The notes beneath the pieces are model-generated. The model saw only the letters and a list, made by a program, of their open reading frames with translations. It was not told where the DNA came from and ran no database searches. DNA of 32,803 bases, from the IMG/VR virus record IMGVR_UViG_2617270990_000007, one strand, 5' to 3'. Positions 28,735 through 32,803 of this stretch are shown here, in pieces. Made by a program: the position numbers and the translations under genes. Position 1 is the stretch's first letter. Each line of letters starts with the position of its first letter. This DNA is from a virus. Lineage: Duplodnaviria > Heunggongvirae > Uroviricota > Caudoviricetes.

Positions 28735-29312
28735 GTGCCGAACTGTTGCGCCTCCTGTCTAACGTGCTCCGTGTGGGCGTGGTTTTTGACATATCGAAAG
28801 ACGGTAAAAGTGTACGGGTGCAGAGCGATGATTTGCAGACAACATGGCTTCGCTGGACGACAACGCGCGCCGGTGCTTTCAAATTCTGGTGTGCGCCGTC
28901 GCTGGGCGAACAGGTTTTGCTGGGATGTCTGGGCGGCAATCCTGAAACAGCCGTTGTGCTGGGCAGCCTCTACAGCAACGAAAACGACGCCCCCGCCAGT
29001 AGCCTGATGCAGATGATGATCACCGCGCCTGATGGGGCTGAATTTAGCTATGACGCGAAGGCGGGCGCACTGAGTGCCGGCGGAATGAAAACCGCCACCA
29101 TCCAGGCAGCAACAAAAATCACGCTCGATGCGCCAGAGGTGGAGTGCACAAAACATCTGAAAGCGAAAACCTTTGATTTCACTGAGGGCGGAAAGATGAC
29201 CGGCGATGTAACTCACAGCGGCGGCGCACTGAAGTCAAACGGCGTCCAGGCTGACGATCATGATCATGGTGGTGTTGAGAGTGGCAATAGCAGGACTAAG
29301 GGGACGGCATGA
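28731..29312 (+). CDS. V: baseplate assembly protein V (spike)
   Basis: 193 aa; P2 order. Confidence 0.85.
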   Translation: MSAELLRLLSNVLRVGVVFDISKDGKSVRVQSDDLQTTWLRWTTTRAGAFKFWCAPSLGEQVLLGCLGGNPETAVVLGSLYSNENDAPASSLMQMMITAPDGAEFSYDAKAGALSAGGMKTATIQAATKITLDAPEVECTKHLKAKTFDFTEGGKMTGDVTHSGGALKSNGVQADDHDHGGVESGNSRTKGTA

Positions 29313-29677
29313 CGGCGAAATATACGGGAATGAACCAGGGCGGCACAGGGACGGTTTCAGATAGCGATCACCTTTGGCAGTCCGTGAAAGATGTCCTGCT
29401 GACGCCGTTGGGGTCACGCGTAATGCGCCGGTCGTACGGCAGCTTGTTACCTGATTTGCTGGACGCCCCGAAAAACGAAACAACACGCCTTCAGCTAATG
29501 AGCGCCACGGTGATTGCGCTGACGCAATGGGAACCGCGGATAGCACTTAACCAGGTTGATATTACGTATTCAGACGCCGGGGCGGTGACGGTTGAGTTAG
29601 GCGGATTGGTTACCACAACAATGCAGCCGGTAAGCGGTGCAGTAAAGGTGAAGGAGTCAGGCAATGGCGACAGTTGA
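29309..29677 (+). CDS. W: baseplate protein W (gp25-like)
   Basis: 122 aa; P2 order. Confidence 0.85.
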   Translation: MTAKYTGMNQGGTGTVSDSDHLWQSVKDVLLTPLGSRVMRRSYGSLLPDLLDAPKNETTRLQLMSATVIALTQWEPRIALNQVDITYSDAGAVTVELGGLVTTTMQPVSGAVKVKESGNGDS

Positions 29678-30557
29678 TTTATCAGAGCTTCCACCACCGG
29701 AAATCATCGCGACGCTGGATTTCGAAATCATCCTGAGTGATGTGAAAGAGATGATTATTGCCGCTTATCCGGAGGGACAACAACAGGCCATAGCAGCAGC
29801 ATTGGAGCTTGAGTCGGAGCCTTTGACGGTGCTCGCTCAGGTGATTGCTTATCGCGAATTGATGTTGCGACAGGTCATAAATGACGGTGCTGCAGCTTGC
29901 ATGTTAAGCCATTCCACCGGCGGAGATCTGGATAACCTGGCGGCAAATAACAATACAGAGCGACTGACGATTGTTGAGGAGACAGATACAACAGATGCGG
30001 TAATGGAAAGTGACGCCGCGCTGCGCTTACGTGCGCAATCTGCATTCGAAGGATTGAGTGTTGCCGGGCCTACCGGCGCTTACGAATACTTCGCTAAAAG
30101 CGCATCAGGGAAAGTTGCTGATGTTAAGGCATCAAGTCCGGCGCCGGCTGAAGTTGTTGTTTCGGTGCTCTCTGCTGAAGGTGACGGAACGGCTTCAGAC
30201 GAGCTGATCGCAACGGTCAACGCAAAATTATCAGATGAAAGTGTCCGCCCTGTGGGTGACAGGCTGACAGTCCAGAGCGCTGAGATTATCAGTTATGACA
30301 TCAATGCCACGCTGTATCTCTACCCAGGCCCAGAGTCAGAACCCATTGTGAACGCTGCCGAGGCGTCGTTGCAGAAGTGGCTCAAAAGCCAGTGGCGGAT
30401 CGGGCTTGATGTTGCCAGGTCTGCAATTTTGGCGGCGTTACACGTGCAGGGCGTGCAGCGTGTGGAACTGGATTTACCTGAACGGCTGATTATCAGCGAT
30501 ACACAGGCGGCGCGGTGCGCTTCGGTCACCATCACGAGAGGCGGAACCGATGAATAA
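29664..30557 (+). CDS. J: baseplate protein J
   Basis: 297 aa; P2 order. Confidence 0.85.
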   Translation: MATVDLSELPPPEIIATLDFEIILSDVKEMIIAAYPEGQQQAIAAALELESEPLTVLAQVIAYRELMLRQVINDGAAACMLSHSTGGDLDNLAANNNTERLTIVEETDTTDAVMESDAALRLRAQSAFEGLSVAGPTGAYEYFAKSASGKVADVKASSPAPAEVVVSVLSAEGDGTASDELIATVNAKLSDESVRPVGDRLTVQSAEIISYDINATLYLYPGPESEPIVNAAEASLQKWLKSQWRIGLDVARSAILAALHVQGVQRVELDLPERLIISDTQAARCASVTITRGGTDE

Positions 30558-31164
30558 CAGTCTGTTGCCACCTTCAGCCAGTGATTTTATGCGCAGTGCC
30601 GAGGCCGCAACCTGGCGCGTGAGTGATTTGCCCGTAGACCTGAAAACGCTGTGGAACCCTGATGAATGCCCGGTTGCTTTACTGCCTTATCTGGCCTGGG
30701 CGTTATCGGTTGATCGCTGGGATAAAGGCTGGTCAGAACAGACAAAGCGACAGGTGATTAAATCCGCCTGGCTGGTACACCGGCAAAAGGGAACTATTGC
30801 GGCGCTGCGCCGTGTCGTTGAGCCGTTCGGCTTCCTGATAAAGGTCGTTGAATGGTGGCAGAACGGAGGCGAGCGGGGAACATTTCAACTTGAAATTGGT
30901 GTTTCTGACTCAGGGATTACAGAAGAAACCTATCTCGAGCTTGAGCGCCTGATCGCTGATGCAAAACCATGCTCACGCCACCTGACCGGCCTTGCAATCA
31001 GTATGCAGGCGAAGGGAGAGGTATACGCCCACGCCGGGTGTTATGGCGGTGACGTGATGACTATTTACCCCTATATGCCTGAAGCCGTAGAAGTCAGTGG
31101 CGGGTATTTTCCCGGGGGCGCAATTCATATTATTGATACGTTAGAGGTAACAAATGGCGGCTAA
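30550..31164 (+). CDS. I: tail protein I
   Basis: 204 aa; P2 order. Confidence 0.8.
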   Translation: MNNSLLPPSASDFMRSAEAATWRVSDLPVDLKTLWNPDECPVALLPYLAWALSVDRWDKGWSEQTKRQVIKSAWLVHRQKGTIAALRRVVEPFGFLIKVVEWWQNGGERGTFQLEIGVSDSGITEETYLELERLIADAKPCSRHLTGLAISMQAKGEVYAHAGCYGGDVMTIYPYMPEAVEVSGGYFPGGAIHIIDTLEVTNGG

Positions 31165-31498
31165 ATTCTTTGCCCTGCTGACTGCTCAGGGGGCGGCAAA
31201 ATTATCAAATATGGCTGCGCTGGGTGAGAAGTTAGAAATCACCTCGCTCGCAGTTGGCGACGGCGGCGGCAAATCACCAACACCAAGCCAGGCACAGACA
31301 GCGCTGGTTAACGAGGTGCGCCGCGCCCAGCTTAACTCGCTGTCAGTGGACGATAAAAACGACAGCCAGATTATTGCGGAACAGATTATTCCTGAATCCG
31401 TTGGCGGGTGGTGGATTCGTGAAATAGGACTCTTTGATGCTGATGGTATCTTGATTGCTGTGGCTAACTGCCCGGAGACGTACAAGGCCACAACAGAG
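31154..31498 (+). pseudogene. H: tail-fibre gene H, truncated after ~115 codons by IS insertion
   Basis: N-terminus (…AVGDGGGK…IAVAN…ETYK…) matches the P2 gpH N-terminal domain; the reading frame runs straight into the IS terminus at 31499, whose first three bases TGA supply the stop. Confidence 0.8.
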
Positions 31499-31540
31499 TG
31501 AACCGCCCCGGGTTTCCTGGAGAGTGTTTTATCTGTGAAC

Positions 31541-32431
31541 TCAGGCTGCCAGATCATCGTTTCCGATGGAAGCATAATAAGCTTTTTCTGCTTCTGCCGG
31601 AGGAGTATGGCCCAGCCTTCCCAGCAATCGTCGATTGTTATACCAGTCCACCCACGTTAGTGTGGCCAGTTCCACTTCTGCACGGTTTTTCCAGCTCTTA
31701 CGGTGTATTACCTCCGCTTTGTAAAGACCATTGATGCTCTCAGCCATCGCGTTGTCATACGAGTCGCCTGTACTCCCTGTTGATGCCAGTAATCCGGCTT
31801 CTTTTAGTCGCTCCGTATAGGCCAGTGACACATACTGAGAGCCTTTATCGCTGTGATGGATGGTGCCAGACGGACGACGGGCCCACAACGCCTGCTCCAG
31901 CGCATCCAGCACGAATGTCGTTTCCATAGACGATGAGACCCGCCACCCCACGATGTATCCGGCAAACACATCAATGATAAACGCCACATAGACGAAGCCC
32001 TGCCATGTGCTGACGTAAGTAAAATCAGCCACCCACAGCTGGTCAGGTCGTTCTGCCACGAACTGACGGTTTACGCGGTCGCCTGCGGCAACGGCTTTCC
32101 GGCTGATGGTCGTACGGACCTTTTTACCCCGGAGAACACCGGCAAGTCCCATAACCGCCATGAGACGTGCCACTGTACATCTGGCCACCCTGATTCCTTC
32201 CCGTAACAACTGACGCCAGACTTTACGCACACCGTACACCTGATGATTTTCATCGTATACGCGCTGTATCTCTCTCTTCAGCCAGTCGTCGTGCTGCGCA
32301 CGGGCACTGCGTTTATCCGGATGATGTCGCTGTTGCTGACAATGGTAATACGTTGACGGGGCAATATGCAGTTCGCTGCATACCGGTCCGACCCCGTACT
32401 GCTCACGCAGCTTATCCAGCAGTGGCATCAT
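31541..32431 (-). CDS. IS3-family transposase OrfB (copy 2)
   Basis: Translation identical to ORF 24..914. Confidence 0.9.
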   Translation of the reverse strand: MMPLLDKLREQYGVGPVCSELHIAPSTYYHCQQQRHHPDKRSARAQHDDWLKREIQRVYDENHQVYGVRKVWRQLLREGIRVARCTVARLMAVMGLAGVLRGKKVRTTISRKAVAAGDRVNRQFVAERPDQLWVADFTYVSTWQGFVYVAFIIDVFAGYIVGWRVSSSMETTFVLDALEQALWARRPSGTIHHSDKGSQYVSLAYTERLKEAGLLASTGSTGDSYDNAMAESINGLYKAEVIHRKSWKNRAEVELATLTWVDWYNNRRLLGRLGHTPPAEAEKAYYASIGNDDLAA

Positions 32432-32754
32432 TTTTTCCAGAGGCGGTCGAACTCCGCCTTCGCAAAATAAGCGGAAGCCTGGCGAAGGATATCGTTACTG
32501 CGGCGCAGTTCACGATTTTCACGTTCCAGCTCTTTCAGACGCTGACGTTCAGCGCTGGTGAGCCCACCATCACCGCCCCCGGTATCCCGCTCATGCTGGC
32601 GAACCCAGACACGCAGAGTCTCCGGCGTACAGCCAATCTTTGGGGCAATGGAACAAATTGCCGCCCACTGTGAGTCATATTCATCCTGACTTTCCAGAAC
32701 CATACGAATCGCCCGCTGACGGACTTCGGGGGAAAAACGAGTATTTTTAGTCAT
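32428..32754 (-). CDS. IS3-family transposase OrfA (copy 2)
   Basis: Translation identical to ORF 911..1237. Confidence 0.9.
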   Translation of the reverse strand: MTKNTRFSPEVRQRAIRMVLESQDEYDSQWAAICSIAPKIGCTPETLRVWVRQHERDTGGGDGGLTSAERQRLKELERENRELRRSNDILRQASAYFAKAEFDRLWKK

Positions 32755-32803
32755 CCTGTTTACCTCTTTCTCAGGGAGTTTAGTCTCCAGGATTTCCGGG
32801 GCG

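Larger units (their letters stand above)
31499..32803 (-). mobile_element. IS3-family insertion sequence, IS629-like, copy 2 (last ~5 bp beyond window end)
   Basis: Starts with TGAACCGCCCCGGGTTTCCTGGAGA at 31499; sequence identical to copy 1 over the shared 1286 bp; same orientation. Confidence 0.9.

Noticed and set aside
28596-29216. 206-aa minus-strand ORF
   Set aside because: Antisense within baseplate gene V; breaks the otherwise continuous P2 gene order.

Overview
The window holds two nested prophages bracketed by two identical IS3-family (IS629-like) insertion sequences in direct orientation (1..1291 and 31499..32803, both cut by the window edges). Region 1292..9325 is a lambdoid (Qin/DLP12-like) prophage remnant: a YdfU-like protein, a phage-82-type Q antiterminator with a pR'/tR'-like promoter and terminator, an AT-rich cargo block (Blc-like lipocalin, DUF523/DUF1722 protein, AraC-family regulator), a lysis cassette (holin, SAR endolysin, Rz with embedded Rz1) and a cold-shock gene. 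From about 9330 onward a P2-like prophage is integrated: attL with integrase arm-type repeats, int, C repressor, cox, a Dam-like methyltransferase, replication gene A, then cos and the late genes Q, P, O, N, M, L, X, holin, endolysin, spanins, R, S, V, W, J, I. Tail-fibre gene H is truncated after about 115 codons by the second IS copy. The most interesting region is the P2 A-to-cos hotspot (16496..19750), the old/tin position where P2-like phages carry variable anti-phage cargo. Here it holds two AT-rich minus-strand genes: a KAP-type P-loop NTPase (449 aa) and a 383-aa protein with no family I can recognise. I propose this as a candidate undescribed defence locus. All calls rest on reading the translations and sequence by eye; no database search was run, and family names are from memory of conserved motifs.
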